Under the pieces are notes generated by a model that made no database searches, was not told the DNA's origin, and worked only from the letters and a program-made list of their open reading frames with translations. Shown one piece after another: positions 32,330 through 42,769 of a stretch of DNA of 62,959 bases (the stretch's first letter is position 1; each line of letters starts with the position of its first letter). This stretch comes from a bacterium (GTDB lineage: Bacteria; Krumholzibacteriota; Krumholzibacteriia; LZORAL124-64-63): positions 1 to 62,959 of the forward strand of contig JANOEP010000029.1 in the NCBI GenBank assembly GCA_031441465.1. The letters are read 5' to 3'. The position numbers were made by a program, and so were the translations under genes.

Positions 32330-33328
32330 TCACTTCTTTCCCCCGCCGCGTTCCTCCGCTTCGCGGAACGCCTCCACGATGCGCCGCACCAGCGGGTGCC
32401 GCACGACGTCCCGCTGGGTCAGTTCCACGAAGGCGATGCCTTCGGTCGCGGCCAGGATGTCGCGGACGCGCACCAGGCCGGAATCCTTGCCCGGCGCCAG
32501 GTCGATCTGCGTGACGTCGCCCGTGATGACGGCCTTCGACTGGTGGCCCAGCCTGGTCAGGAACATCTTCATCTGGCCGAGCGTCGTGTTCTGGGCTTCG
32601 TCCAGGATGACGAAGGCCTGGTTGAGGGTGCGCCCGCGCATGTAGGCCAGCGGCGCGGCCTCGATCACCCCGCTGCTCATGTAGCGCTGGATGCGGCCGG
32701 GACCCACCGTGTCGCCCAACGCGTCGTGGAGCGGCCGCAGGTAGGGATCGATCTTCTCCTGCAGGTCCCCGGGCAGGAATCCCAGCTGCTCGCCGGCCTC
32801 GACCGCCGGCCGCACCAGGATGATGCGCTCGACCAGGCCGCGCTTGAGGTAGTCCATCGCCATGACCACGGCCAGGTACGTCTTGCCGGTGCCGGCCGGC
32901 CCGATGGCGAAGACCACGTCGTGGGCGCGGATGGCTTCGATATAGGACTGCTGTCCCGCGGTCTTGACGCGGATGGCGCGGCGGTTCCCGGCCACCAGCA
33001 GCGTCTCGCCCACCGGCTCGGGTTCGCCGTCCTGCGGCCGCAGGTGCTGCTCGAGCACGTAGTGGACGCTCACGGTGTCGAGGGCCTTCTCCCGCTCCAG
33101 CAGTTCGATCAGCCGGCAGACCACCCGCGCCATCGTCTCGGTCTCGGCGGGTTCGCCGCGCAGGACCACGGCGTCTCCGCGCACCGAGATGCTGCCCCCG
33201 TAGTGCTCCTCCAGAACGCGCAGGTTGGCGTCGTGCCAGCCCAGCAGGGCGAACTGGTCGATGCCCGCGAGGTCGATCGCCGCCTCGCCCGGCGCCGCCG
33301 TGCTCAACCTGTCGACGGTGCCGCTCAT
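32330..33328 (-). CDS. phoH: PhoH-family ATPase
   Basis: [53 protein letters not shown]. Confidence 0.95.
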   Translation of the reverse strand: MSGTVDRLSTAAPGEAAIDLAGIDQFALLGWHDANLRVLEEHYGGSISVRGDAVVLRGEPAETETMARVVCRLIELLEREKALDTVSVHYVLEQHLRPQDGEPEPVGETLLVAGNRRAIRVKTAGQQSYIEAIRAHDVVFAIGPAGTGKTYLAVVMAMDYLKRGLVERIILVRPAVEAGEQLGFLPGDLQEKIDPYLRPLHDALGDTVGPGRIQRYMSSGVIEAAPLAYMRGRTLNQAFVILDEAQNTTLGQMKMFLTRLGHQSKAVITGDVTQIDLAPGKDSGLVRVRDILAATEGIAFVELTQRDVVRHPLVRRIVEAFREAEERGGGKK

Positions 33329-35103
33329 CCGCGCTCCTCTTCGGCCACGACCCTGATGTGCAGCTCCGCCAGCTGGGCGGGGCTGATGTCGCCCGGCGAA
33401 TCGTCCAGGGGCGAGGAGGCCAGGTAGGTCTTCGGGAACGCGATCACGTCGCGCAGCGAGGAGCTGCCGGTCAGCAGCATCGCGATCCGGTCCAGGCCCA
33501 GGGCGATGCCGCCGTGGGGCGGCGCGCCGTACTCCAGGGCATCCAGGAAGAAGCCGAACTTGTCGCGCGATTCCTGCTCGGTCATGCCGACCACCCGGAA
33601 GACCGCCTCCTGGAGCGCGCGGCGGTGGATGCGGATGCTGCCCGAGCCCAGCTCGACCCCGTTGCAGACCAGGTCGTAGAGCTGGCCATGGCACGCGCCG
33701 GGGTCGCTCTCGATCACGGGCTCGCTCGCGGCGTCGGGCATGGTGAACATGTGGTGGCAGGCCGACCAGCCGCCCGTCTTCTCGTCGCGCTCGAACAGGG
33801 GGAAGTTGCGCACCCAGGCGAAGGCCCAGGCGCCCTCGGGGATCCAGGCCCGCTGCGCGGCCAGTTCCAATCGCACGGCGCCCAGCGCCGCGCCGACGGT
33901 CGCCGCCGGTCCGGCGCCGAACAGGACCAGGTCGCCTTCGCGCAGCGCGAGCCGTTCGCGCAGCGCCGACTGGAAGGGCGCCGACATGAACTTCGCGATC
34001 CCGCCGTCGAACCCGTCGGCGGTCGCCTTCACGAAGGCCATGCCGCGGGCGCCGCGCTTGCGGGCGACCTCTTCGAGGTCGGTGATCTGCTTGCGGCTGT
34101 AGCCGGCGCAGCCCTCGGCGGCGAGGCAGCGCACGACGCCCCCCTCGTCGACAGCCGTCGTGAAGACGCCGAACCCGCTGTCCGCCGCCAGGTCGCTCAC
34201 GTCGCGGATCGGGCAGCCGAAGCGCAGGTCGGGCTTGTCGGACCCGTAGAGGTCCATGGCCTCGGCGTAGGAGAGCCGGGGGAACGGCGTGGGCAGTTCG
34301 ATGCCGGCGGCCTCGCGGAACAGCGTCGCCACCATCCCCTCCACGAGCTCGAAGATCTCCGGTTCGGTCACGAAGCTCATCTCGAGGTCGATCTGGGTAT
34401 GCTCGGGCTGACGGTCCTTGCGCAGGTCCTCGTCCCGCAGGCAGCGCGGCAGTTGGTAGTAGCGGTCCACGCCCGAGACCATCAGGATCTGCTTGTACAG
34501 CTGGGGCGACTGCGGCAGCGCGTAGAAACGCCCCGGGTGGATGCGGCTGGGCACGACGTAGTCGCGCGCGCCCTCGGGCGTCGTCTTGATGAGCAGCGGC
34601 GTCTCGACCTCCAGGAAGTCGCGCTCCCCGAGGTAGCGCCGCACCGCCTGCGCGGCCCGGTGGCGCACCATGAGGTTGTTCATCATCTCGGGGCGGCGCA
34701 GGTCGACGTAGCGGTACTTCAAGCGCAGCTCGTCCGCGGCCTGGGCCGCCTGGTCGAGCTGGAAGGGCAACGGCTTGCTGGGGTTCAGCACCTCGAGCTC
34801 CGCCACCGCCACTTCGACGGCGCCGGTGGCCATCGTCGGGTTGACCATGCCCTCGGGCCGGGGGCGGACGCGCCCGGACACCGCGATCACCGATTCGAGC
34901 TTCACCAGACCGCCGCGTGCGGGCAGGTCGCCGTCCTCGCAGACCACCTGGACGGTGCCGTAGCGGTCCCGCAGGTCGATGAAGGTGACGCCGCCCATGT
35001 CGCGGATCTTCGCGGCCCAGCCCGCCATCCGGACGGTCTCCCCCACGCGCGCGGTGTCGATGTCGCAGCAACGGTGGGTCCGGATCAGTTTCACGTCGCT
35101 CAC
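33325..35103 (-). CDS. aspS: Aspartate--tRNA ligase
   Basis: GTG start overlapping the hisS stop; [54 protein letters not shown]. Confidence 0.98.
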   Translation of the reverse strand: MSDVKLIRTHRCCDIDTARVGETVRMAGWAAKIRDMGGVTFIDLRDRYGTVQVVCEDGDLPARGGLVKLESVIAVSGRVRPRPEGMVNPTMATGAVEVAVAELEVLNPSKPLPFQLDQAAQAADELRLKYRYVDLRRPEMMNNLMVRHRAAQAVRRYLGERDFLEVETPLLIKTTPEGARDYVVPSRIHPGRFYALPQSPQLYKQILMVSGVDRYYQLPRCLRDEDLRKDRQPEHTQIDLEMSFVTEPEIFELVEGMVATLFREAAGIELPTPFPRLSYAEAMDLYGSDKPDLRFGCPIRDVSDLAADSGFGVFTTAVDEGGVVRCLAAEGCAGYSRKQITDLEEVARKRGARGMAFVKATADGFDGGIAKFMSAPFQSALRERLALREGDLVLFGAGPAATVGAALGAVRLELAAQRAWIPEGAWAFAWVRNFPLFERDEKTGGWSACHHMFTMPDAASEPVIESDPGACHGQLYDLVCNGVELGSGSIRIHRRALQEAVFRVVGMTEQESRDKFGFFLDALEYGAPPHGGIALGLDRIAMLLTGSSSLRDVIAFPKTYLASSPLDDSPGDISPAQLAELHIRVVAEEERG

Positions 35104-36374
35104 AAGCCAAGCACCTCCCGCACCGCCGCGAGCAGGCCGTCGCCCGCCACCTCGCGCTGGTGCCCGTCGTTCAGGTCCTTCATCTGGAAATTCCCGGCGG
35201 CGAGTTCCTCGTCCCCGGCGATCAGCACGAGCCTCGCGCCCCGCGAGTGGGCGCCCTTCATCTGGGTCTTGATCCCGCGGCCGGTCGTGTCCACCTCGAC
35301 GCGGCACACGCCGCGCAGGAGTTCGGCGTGGGCCAGGGCATGGATCTGCGCCGGTTGGCCGAGGCAGGCCATGTAGACGTCCACCGGCGACTGGCGGCTG
35401 AGCTGCGGGTCGAACTCCTCGGGGTACAGGTGCCGCATCGTCCGCTCGATGCCCAGCGAGAAGCCCACGGCCGGCGTCGGCGGTCCGCCGCACTCCTCCA
35501 CCAGACCGTCGTACCGCCCGCCGCCGCACAGCGCGCTCTGACGCAGGTCCTGGCGCGCGGAGATCTCGAACGTCGTGCGGGTGTAGTAGTCGAGGCCGCG
35601 GACCAGCGACGGGTCCTCCGTGACGGCCACGTCCATGGCGGTCAGGGATGTCCGCAACGCGGCGTGATGGTCGCGGCAGGCCCCGCAAACCGCGTCGCTG
35701 ATCGGCCGCATGCCGCCGAGCAGCTCGCGGCAGGACTCGACCTTGCAGTCGAAGAGACGCAGCGGGTTCACTTCGAGGCGCGACCGACAGTTTTCGCAGA
35801 AGCCCTCCGCGCGTTCGCGCGCCCAGGCCTGCAACTCCGCCACGTAACCGGGCCGGCACTCCGGGCAGCCGATCGTGTTGATCTGGACGGACAACCCCTC
35901 GGCGTCGACGGCCTCGAACAGCGCCAGGGCGGTGCGGATCACCTCGGCGTCCAGGACCGGCGACGGCGAACCGATGGCCTCGACCCCCACCTGATGGAAC
36001 TGGCGGTACCGCCCCGCCTGCGGCCGGTCGTAGCGGAACATGGGCCCGAGGTAATAGAACTTCATGGTGCCCGGCTGCCGGGTCAGGCCGTTCTCCAGGT
36101 AGGCCCTGACGACCGACGCGGTCGCCTCGGGTCTCAGGGAGATCGGCTCCCCGCCCTTGGTCTCGAAGGAGTACATCTCCTTGTCGACGATGTCGGTCCC
36201 CGAACCCACCGCGCGCGTGAACAGCTCCGTCGACTCGATCAGCGGCGTGCGGATCTCGCCGAAGCCGTAGCGCTCCAGCACCTCGCGCCAGCGCTCCTCG
36301 CACCAGCGCCAGCGCTCCATCTCCTCGAGCAGGACGTCCCGGGTGCCCCGGGGTCGCCTGTACTTGATCTCCAT
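35100..36374 (-). CDS. hisS: Histidine--tRNA ligase
   Basis: [45 protein letters not shown]. Confidence 0.98.
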   Translation of the reverse strand: MEIKYRRPRGTRDVLLEEMERWRWCEERWREVLERYGFGEIRTPLIESTELFTRAVGSGTDIVDKEMYSFETKGGEPISLRPEATASVVRAYLENGLTRQPGTMKFYYLGPMFRYDRPQAGRYRQFHQVGVEAIGSPSPVLDAEVIRTALALFEAVDAEGLSVQINTIGCPECRPGYVAELQAWARERAEGFCENCRSRLEVNPLRLFDCKVESCRELLGGMRPISDAVCGACRDHHAALRTSLTAMDVAVTEDPSLVRGLDYYTRTTFEISARQDLRQSALCGGGRYDGLVEECGGPPTPAVGFSLGIERTMRHLYPEEFDPQLSRQSPVDVYMACLGQPAQIHALAHAELLRGVCRVEVDTTGRGIKTQMKGAHSRGARLVLIAGDEELAAGNFQMKDLNDGHQREVAGDGLLAAVREVLGL

Positions 36375-36410
36375 GCGCTTCCTCCGCTCCTCGGTCCGGG
36401 ATCCCGGCGG

Positions 36411-37334
36411 TCAGGGCCGCCTGGCGCGTCCGCCGACCACGATCATGACCTCCGGCGGCGAGAGCGCCACGAGGCTGCAGGCTGCGGGGAGCCGCACGTC
36501 GGGCCGCACGGTGTGGGCGCCCGGGCCGAACCCCTCGGCGGCGACCGTCAGGGCGACGGCGTCGTCCGCCAAGGCGGCGAGCGCCACGGCGGGCCCGCGA
36601 ACCTCGACGTCCGCCACGGGGGGAAAAACCTCGACGCGAAGGCCCCCGCTGTCAAGCCGGGGCACCAGCGGGACGCGCGCGAAGAGCCGCCGGCCCGCTT
36701 CGGCCACGACCGCCGTGACGCGCACCTCCCGCGGCACGGTCCAGAGCTGCGGCCGCGGCGAGTGCACGGCCCGCATGATCTCGAGGCGCCCCGTCGCCCG
36801 GCCGACCGCGACCGGGTCCGTGCGGGGCCTGCCCGCTCCCGGCAGGAAGCGGGACGGTCCGACCAACTGGACGGTGGCCGGCGAGGCGGACGGCGGCGCG
36901 GTCAGCACGTGGTCTGCGGACGCGCTCCCGGCGACCGGCACCTCGACCGGGACGGTGACCGAATCGACCCGGTCCACGTAGAACTCGAGCCGCGCGGGAG
37001 CCGTCACGAGGATGTCCACCAGCATGCCGCCCCGGCCGTCGACCACCACGTCCCGCTCGACCACGCTGCCGGGCTCCGCCCCGCCGAGATCGACCACCGC
37101 CTCGCCGAGGTCGCGCCCGAAGTACCGGTTCAGGAAGAAATTCAATTTCGTGCCCCCAGCCTGGACCCGCACCACGTCCGGCACCTGGTTGCCCGCGAGC
37201 GTGCAGCCGCGGGCCAGACCGGTCACGCGCAGCGGCACTTCCACCTCGCGGGTGACCTGGCGGTTGGCGGCGACCTGGATCCACAGCAGGATCGAGACGG
37301 CCAGGCAGAAGATCTTCAGCAGGTGCCGGTTCAT
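36411..37334 (-). CDS. YbbR/CdaR-like membrane-anchored protein
   Basis: N-terminal [15 protein letters not shown] anchor and three YbbR-like beta repeats ([23 protein letters not shown]). Confidence 0.75.
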   Translation of the reverse strand: MNRHLLKIFCLAVSILLWIQVAANRQVTREVEVPLRVTGLARGCTLAGNQVPDVVRVQAGGTKLNFFLNRYFGRDLGEAVVDLGGAEPGSVVERDVVVDGRGGMLVDILVTAPARLEFYVDRVDSVTVPVEVPVAGSASADHVLTAPPSASPATVQLVGPSRFLPGAGRPRTDPVAVGRATGRLEIMRAVHSPRPQLWTVPREVRVTAVVAEAGRRLFARVPLVPRLDSGGLRVEVFPPVADVEVRGPAVALAALADDAVALTVAAEGFGPGAHTVRPDVRLPAACSLVALSPPEVMIVVGGRARRP

Positions 37335-37369
37335 GACGCGCTCGCCTTTCGAGACTTGACGATGCCGGG

Positions 37370-38848
37370 TCAGGGCAGCAGCAGCTTCTGGCCGACCAGC
37401 ACCCGGTCGGTCTTGAGCCGGTTGCGGTCCTTGATCGCCTTGATCGTCGTGCGGTGCCGCAGCGCCAGCGCCGAGAGCGAGTCGCCCCGCCGCACCACGT
37501 AGCGGGTCTGCCAGTCGGCGGCCTTCACGACGGGAGCCAGCGGCCGCTCGCCGCGCCACGCGAAGATGCCGTCGCACAGGATTCGGGCCAGTTTGCGCCG
37601 CCCCTCGGCCGACTCGAGCAGCTCGCGGTCGGTCCGGTTCGAGAGGTAGGCCACCTCGACCAGGACCGAGGGCATCGCGAGCGTGCGCAGCACCTGGAAA
37701 CCCGCCTGCTTGACCTTTTTGGCCGCGACCACGCGCGACCGTCGCGCCTCCTGCAGCAGGTGCTCGGCGAGCCGGTTCGACTGGGTCAGCACCTGGCTGA
37801 GCCGCAGGTCCATCAGGATGGTCAGCACGTCGTCGTCGTCGCGTTCCTGAGGCGCCAGCCCCACCAGGTCGGCGGCGTTTTCCTTGTTCGCCAGTTCACG
37901 CGCCTCGCGGTCGGTCGCCTTCTGCTGTGAGAGCAGGTAGACCTCCATGCCGTTGATCCCGCTGTTGCGGTGCGTGTTCGCATGGACCGAGACGAACAGA
38001 TCGCCGCCGGAATCCTTGGCGATGCTCACGCGGTCGGCGAGGCTGACGAAGTAGTCGCCCTTGCGCGTCAGCACGGCGCGGTAGCCGTCGCGCGCATCGA
38101 TGAGCCGGGCCAACTCCAGCGAGATCGCCAGCACCGCGTCCTTCTCCCGCAAACCCTTGCGGATCGCGCCGGGGTCCATGCCCCCGTGGCCGGCGTCGAT
38201 CACGACGGTCACCGGACGCGACGCGGACCGGTCCTGCGGGGAGCGCTGGCCGGCGCCCGCGTCCGCCGGCACGGCCGGCAAGGAATCGACAGTCGTCCCG
38301 GTCGGTTTGTCGCCGGGATCGACCGCGGGCGTCTCGATGGGTGTCTGTTCGGCGTGCATCGCTTCGGTGCGCGCCCCATCGACGGGCATCGCTTCGGCGA
38401 GCGTCACCTTGGCGGGCGCGGCGCCGGCCGCGCGGAAGACGTCGATCACGATGCGATCGGGCCGGTCGCCGGCGGCCTTCAGCGCGAAATGCCGGAACTT
38501 CAGATCGCCGGCCAGGTCCAGCACGATCTGGGCTCGTCCCGACAGGGCGTTCTTGCGCACGCGCAGCAGGGTGCCGTCGCCGACCTCGAGCGTGGCCATA
38601 TCGCGGAATCGGGCCGCGGCGATGTTGACCGAGATCCGGTCGGGGCCGGTCACGCGGCGCAGGTCGTAGTCGGCGGATCCCGACAGGTCCAGGACGATGC
38701 GGGTATGGTCGGGCGCAGTCCAGAACCGGACCTGATCGATCACGACACCCGCGCGCGCGGCCGGAACGATCCCCAGGAGCAGGAACACGACGAGCCGCGC
38801 CGCGGCGGCGCCTCGCGGCCGGGCGTTGACTTCGGAATTGGGCCTCAT
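37370..38848 (-). CDS. N-acetylmuramoyl-L-alanine amidase (AMIN + Amidase_3 + LysM)
   Basis: VRFWTAPDHTRIVLD; VIDAGHGG.DPGA, LFVSVHAN, MPSVLVE; C-terminal YVVRRGDSL..LA LysM. Confidence 0.95.
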   Translation of the reverse strand: MRPNSEVNARPRGAAAARLVVFLLLGIVPAARAGVVIDQVRFWTAPDHTRIVLDLSGSADYDLRRVTGPDRISVNIAAARFRDMATLEVGDGTLLRVRKNALSGRAQIVLDLAGDLKFRHFALKAAGDRPDRIVIDVFRAAGAAPAKVTLAEAMPVDGARTEAMHAEQTPIETPAVDPGDKPTGTTVDSLPAVPADAGAGQRSPQDRSASRPVTVVIDAGHGGMDPGAIRKGLREKDAVLAISLELARLIDARDGYRAVLTRKGDYFVSLADRVSIAKDSGGDLFVSVHANTHRNSGINGMEVYLLSQQKATDREARELANKENAADLVGLAPQERDDDDVLTILMDLRLSQVLTQSNRLAEHLLQEARRSRVVAAKKVKQAGFQVLRTLAMPSVLVEVAYLSNRTDRELLESAEGRRKLARILCDGIFAWRGERPLAPVVKAADWQTRYVVRRGDSLSALALRHRTTIKAIKDRNRLKTDRVLVGQKLLLP

Positions 38849-38954
38849 GCCGGGTGCGCGCTCCTCTTCCCGGGATAACGGATCACGGGCGGGCGGACCA
38901 TAGCACAAGGCCGCTGGACGCGCCAACAGGAGAACCCGGCCGGATCGGCCGGGG

Positions 38955-39803
38955 TCAGGCGTAATCGCGCAGCAGCACGCGGCCGGCCGACTGGCGCATC
39001 TTGCGCAGGGCCTTCTCCTTGATCTGGCGGATGCGCTCGCGGGTGAGTCCCAGCCGGTTCCCGATCACTTCGAGCGTGAGCGCCTCGTCGTCGTCCAGCC
39101 CGTAGTAGAGCACGATGACCATCGCTTCGCGGTCGGTGAGCGCAGACAGACTGCGGCGGACATCCTCGCGCATGACGCGTTCCAGGAGCCGGGCGTCGGC
39201 CAGGGGCTGGTCGTCGTCGGTGAGCGTCTCGCTCAGGGGACGGTCCCCCGCCTCGACATCGTCCAGGGCGACTTCGGCGCCACCGAGTTCCAGGCTGCGG
39301 CGCACGTCATCGGTGCCCAGCCCGAGAACCGTGCCGATCTGTTCGGCCGTGGGATTTTCCTGACCACCGCTTTGCAGTTGCGTGCGGGCCCGGTTGACCT
39401 TCAGCAGCTGCGCCGTCTGGTTCTGGGGCAGGCGCACCAGACGCGAGTGATCGAGCAGCGCCTGCAGGATCGACTGGCGGATCCACCACACGGCGTAGGA
39501 AATGAATTTGAAGCCCCGGGTCTCGTCGAAGCGGTCGGCCGCCTTGAGCAGCCCGAGGTTGCCCTCGTTGATCAGGTCCGCGAGCGTCAGCCCCTGGTGG
39601 ACGTAGCGCTTGGCCACCGTCACCACGAACCGCAGGTTCGCGTTGACCAGGCTCTGGAGGGCGTCGCGGTCGCCGGCGCGGCTACGCCGGGCGAAGTCCG
39701 CCTCCTGCTCACGCGTCAGCAGGGCGTAGCGGTTGATCTCCCGGAAGTAGACTTCCAGGCTTTTTTCGTGCATGGGGGGCACGATCGATGGTCTGTTCGC
39801 CAT
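38955..39803 (-). CDS. RNA polymerase sigma-70 factor (RpoD/RpoS family, no region 1.1)
   Basis: ANLRFVVTVAKRY, DLINEGNLGL, GFKFISYAVWWIRQSI, LTRERIRQIKEKAL. Confidence 0.95.
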   Translation of the reverse strand: MANRPSIVPPMHEKSLEVYFREINRYALLTREQEADFARRSRAGDRDALQSLVNANLRFVVTVAKRYVHQGLTLADLINEGNLGLLKAADRFDETRGFKFISYAVWWIRQSILQALLDHSRLVRLPQNQTAQLLKVNRARTQLQSGGQENPTAEQIGTVLGLGTDDVRRSLELGGAEVALDDVEAGDRPLSETLTDDDQPLADARLLERVMREDVRRSLSALTDREAMVIVLYYGLDDDEALTLEVIGNRLGLTRERIRQIKEKALRKMRQSAGRVLLRDYA

Positions 39804-39869
39804 GACGTCCTCCTCATCTCCAGTCAGTGCCTGCGATCGACCGTTCCGGGACGCCGCCGGGGATGTCGG

Positions 39870-41324
39870 CTAGCCTTCCCTCGACTCCTGCTTCCGTTCG
39901 ATCAGTCGGTAGCTCTCCACGCCGCCCGAGACGATCAGCAGCATGACGGGGCCCTCGCCGCCGGCGGCTTCCTGCTGCAGGCGGCGCCACGTCGCGGCGC
40001 CGTCGGCTGGCTGCCCGTCGACCTCCAGGACCACGTCGCCCGGGTGCAGACCCGCCTCGGCGGCGGCGCTCCCCGGTTCGACCACGACGATCATCATGCC
40101 CTTGCCGGCCGGGACGCCCAGCGCGTCCCGCAGTCGGACGACCCGCGGGGCGTCCCCGTCGACGGGCTCCGCGACGATGCCGAGCCACGCGCCGCCGTCG
40201 GGTCCGGCGCCGGGGGCGGCGGCGCTCTCCTCGGACGGGGTGACCGACAGCGCCATCTCCCGCCCGCCGCGTTGGACAAGGCAGGCGGCGGCGCGCCCGA
40301 CGGCGGCGTCGCCCACCAGGAACTGCAGGTCCCGGTCGCCGGCCACGGACCGGCCGCCGAACTCCACGACGACGTCGCCGGGCTGCAGGCCGGCTTCCGC
40401 GGCGGGAGTGCCGGGCAGCACCGCTTCGACCAGCGCGCCCCGGACCCGACCAGCGCTGACGAAATCGCTGGTGACCGCGCCGAGGTAGCCGCGGACGACG
40501 CGGCCGTGCGCGGCGATCTGTTCGAAGACGCGGCGGGCGTAGTTGCTCGGGATGGCGAAGCCGATCCCCTGGCCGGCGCTGTTGATGGCCGTGTTGACGC
40601 CGATCACGCGCCCGGCGAGATCCAGCAGGGGCCCGCCGCTGTTGCCGAAATTGATGGCGGCGTCGGTCTGCAGAAAGTCCTGGTAGCGGGGCGCCCCCCC
40701 GTGGATGGCCAGATCCCGCCGTCCTTTGGCGCTGACGACGCCCACGGTGAGGCTGCCCTCGAGGTTGCCGAAGGGGTTGCCCACCGCGATCGCCCAGTCG
40801 CCCACGCGGACGCGGTCGGAGTCGCCGAAGACCAGCGGGGTCAGACCGGCGCGGCCGATCTTCAGCACGGCGAGGTCGCTTGCGGGATCGGTCCCGACAA
40901 CCTCCGCGACGACCGCCTGCTGCTCCCCGCTCAGCCGCACGGTCACCAGATCGGCGCCGGCGATCACGTGGTTGTTGGTCAGGATATGACCCGCCTCGCT
41001 GACGACGAAGCCGGTGCCGCTGCCGGGAGGCGCGAAGGGCGTCCCCTCCCCCGGGCCGCCGGGGAAGAACTCCCGGTACATCTCCTGCATCGGATCGAGG
41101 TCCAGGCCGCCGCGGGGGTCCCGTTCGACGCGGATGTTGACGACCGACGGTCGCACGCGGTCCGCCACGGCCGTGAACGGCGAGTCCGGGGGCGGCCCGG
41201 CGTCCAGGCGCGACAGCGCGCGGTCCTGCGCCGCCGCCCGGCCGCACGGTGAAACCGGCAAGCAAGACAGGAGCACCCCGGCGAGGACGCCGATCAGGAC
41301 TCTGGGGTGTCGGTTGGCGTACAC
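39870..41324 (-). CDS. degP: Periplasmic Do/DegP/DegQ serine protease with two PDZ domains
   Basis: GSGTGFVV, TNNHV, DLAVL, QTDAAINFGNSGGPL catalytic triad motifs; GTG start with GGGAG RBS. Confidence 0.93.
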   Translation of the reverse strand: MYANRHPRVLIGVLAGVLLSCLPVSPCGRAAAQDRALSRLDAGPPPDSPFTAVADRVRPSVVNIRVERDPRGGLDLDPMQEMYREFFPGGPGEGTPFAPPGSGTGFVVSEAGHILTNNHVIAGADLVTVRLSGEQQAVVAEVVGTDPASDLAVLKIGRAGLTPLVFGDSDRVRVGDWAIAVGNPFGNLEGSLTVGVVSAKGRRDLAIHGGAPRYQDFLQTDAAINFGNSGGPLLDLAGRVIGVNTAINSAGQGIGFAIPSNYARRVFEQIAAHGRVVRGYLGAVTSDFVSAGRVRGALVEAVLPGTPAAEAGLQPGDVVVEFGGRSVAGDRDLQFLVGDAAVGRAAACLVQRGGREMALSVTPSEESAAAPGAGPDGGAWLGIVAEPVDGDAPRVVRLRDALGVPAGKGMMIVVVEPGSAAAEAGLHPGDVVLEVDGQPADGAATWRRLQQEAAGGEGPVMLLIVSGGVESYRLIERKQESREG

Positions 41325-41469
41325 GCGGGCTCCCGGGCTGCAAGGACACCGCGGGCCGCTGGTGCGGACCGCAGAACGCGGCAGAGCCGGTCGCTTCGTG
41401 GGGGGAGCGGCTGGGTGGGACCAGGGTCGGCCGGTCGCCGAGCGACCAGCCTGTTGCAGGGATGAACCG

Positions 41470-41499
41470 ATCTTAGAGCAACAGGATCGGCGCGGTCAA
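41470..41499 (-). promoter_or_regulatory. sigma70-type promoter upstream of the degP leader
   Basis: TTGACC-18 nt-TAAGAT. Confidence 0.55.
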
Positions 41500-41515
41500 G
41501 CGTTTTCGCAACTGC

Positions 41516-41917
41516 TCAATATGGTCGGGGATCCTCGTCGTCGTCGTACCGGCCGGCGGGAGCGTCACGGCGGTCCTCGCGGTTCCGGCGCCTCTCGGCC
41601 TCCAGGGCTCCCGGACGCCGGCTTTCGCTGGCGCGGATCGCCTCGATCTCCAGCCGCTTCGCCTCCAGATCGGCCTCGAGCTTCTGAATCCGGCCGACGA
41701 GGTCCAGCACCGCGGGGTCCGCACCGAAGTCGGTCCGGCCCTGCAGGATGCCCTCGTGGACGAGTTTGCCGATCTCGCTGTAGTGGCGCTCGATTTCGCG
41801 GCCGATCCCGAAGATGTCGTAGCGGCGCGACCCGACCCGCGCCATCTCCCCGGTCTTCTCGGCCGCGGTATCGTACCACGCGCCCATGCTCTTGCGGAGG
41901 TCGTCCCAGAGGCCCAT
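41516..41917 (-). CDS. Small coiled-coil hypothetical protein
   Basis: GGGAG RBS before ATG; helical, heptad-like charged sequence. Confidence 0.75.
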   Translation of the reverse strand: MGLWDDLRKSMGAWYDTAAEKTGEMARVGSRRYDIFGIGREIERHYSEIGKLVHEGILQGRTDFGADPAVLDLVGRIQKLEADLEAKRLEIEAIRASESRRPGALEAERRRNREDRRDAPAGRYDDDEDPRPY

Positions 41918-41986
41918 CGCGTTCTCCCGTGCTGCGGTCGAAAACACCTTGCCGCGACCGCGCCATTCATATACTAACATCCGACC

Positions 41987-42769
41987 ATGTTCAAGAACGA
42001 CCAGCACACGATCCTGATCGCCGGCGACACGCACTTCAAACTGCGGCCCGACCCCGCCGAGGTCCGCCGCCGCGACCTCTTCCTATCCTTCCTCGAGGTG
42101 GCCCGGGGCGCCGACGAACTGGTCCTGCTCGGCGACGTCTTCGATTTCTGGTTCGACTACCCCCACTTCCGACTGCGGGGCTACGAAGAGCTGCTCGCCG
42201 CCCTCGACGGCGTGCGCGACGCCGGCGTCCGGCTGCACTTCGTGGGCGGCAATCACGACATCTGGGCCGCACGCTACCTGCACGAGCGTTACGGCACCTC
42301 GCTGCAGGGGGATCCGTTCACCATGAACGCGGACGGCCTCCGCATCCGGTTCGTCCACGGCGACGGCCTACTCGCCCGCGACTGGATCTACTCGTCGTTC
42401 CGCCGCCTCGTGCGGCAACGCGGCGGCGTCCTCTTCGCGAAATCCCTCCACCCGGAGTTGCTCTACGCCTTCTCGCAGTGGCTGAGCCACACCAGCCGCC
42501 AGGCCTCGCGCGACGAACGCCACCTGATCGAGAAGCGCGCGCGCCGGCATCTGGCCAGCGCGCGCGGCGATTGGGACCTGCTGCTGATCGGGCACGTCCA
42601 CCACGCCTTCCGCATCGCACAGGGTGGACGGGAAATGGCGGCGCTGGGCAGCTGGTTCGCGGGTGAGGCGAGCTACGCGATCGTGCGGGGGGGCCGGTTC
42701 GAGCTGCGCGACTTCGCCGCCGACCCCCGTCCTCCGGTCGGGAACCCTCAATTCGGGATCACTCAGTAA
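41987..42769 (+). CDS. lpxH: UDP-2,3-diacylglucosamine diphosphatase
   Basis: GDTH, LLGDVFDFWFDY, GGNHD, VHGDG, GHVH, LGSW metallophosphoesterase motifs. Confidence 0.88.
   Translation: MFKNDQHTILIAGDTHFKLRPDPAEVRRRDLFLSFLEVARGADELVLLGDVFDFWFDYPHFRLRGYEELLAALDGVRDAGVRLHFVGGNHDIWAARYLHERYGTSLQGDPFTMNADGLRIRFVHGDGLLARDWIYSSFRRLVRQRGGVLFAKSLHPELLYAFSQWLSHTSRQASRDERHLIEKRARRHLASARGDWDLLLIGHVHHAFRIAQGGREMAALGSWFAGEASYAIVRGGRFELRDFAADPRPPVGNPQFGITQ

Noticed and set aside
25922..37577. N-terminally extended ORFs (714, 926, 992, 324, 388 aa) suggesting domain fusions
   Set aside because: The extensions overlap upstream genes; real starts for recO, phoH, aspS, ybeY and the YbbR-like gene are internal.
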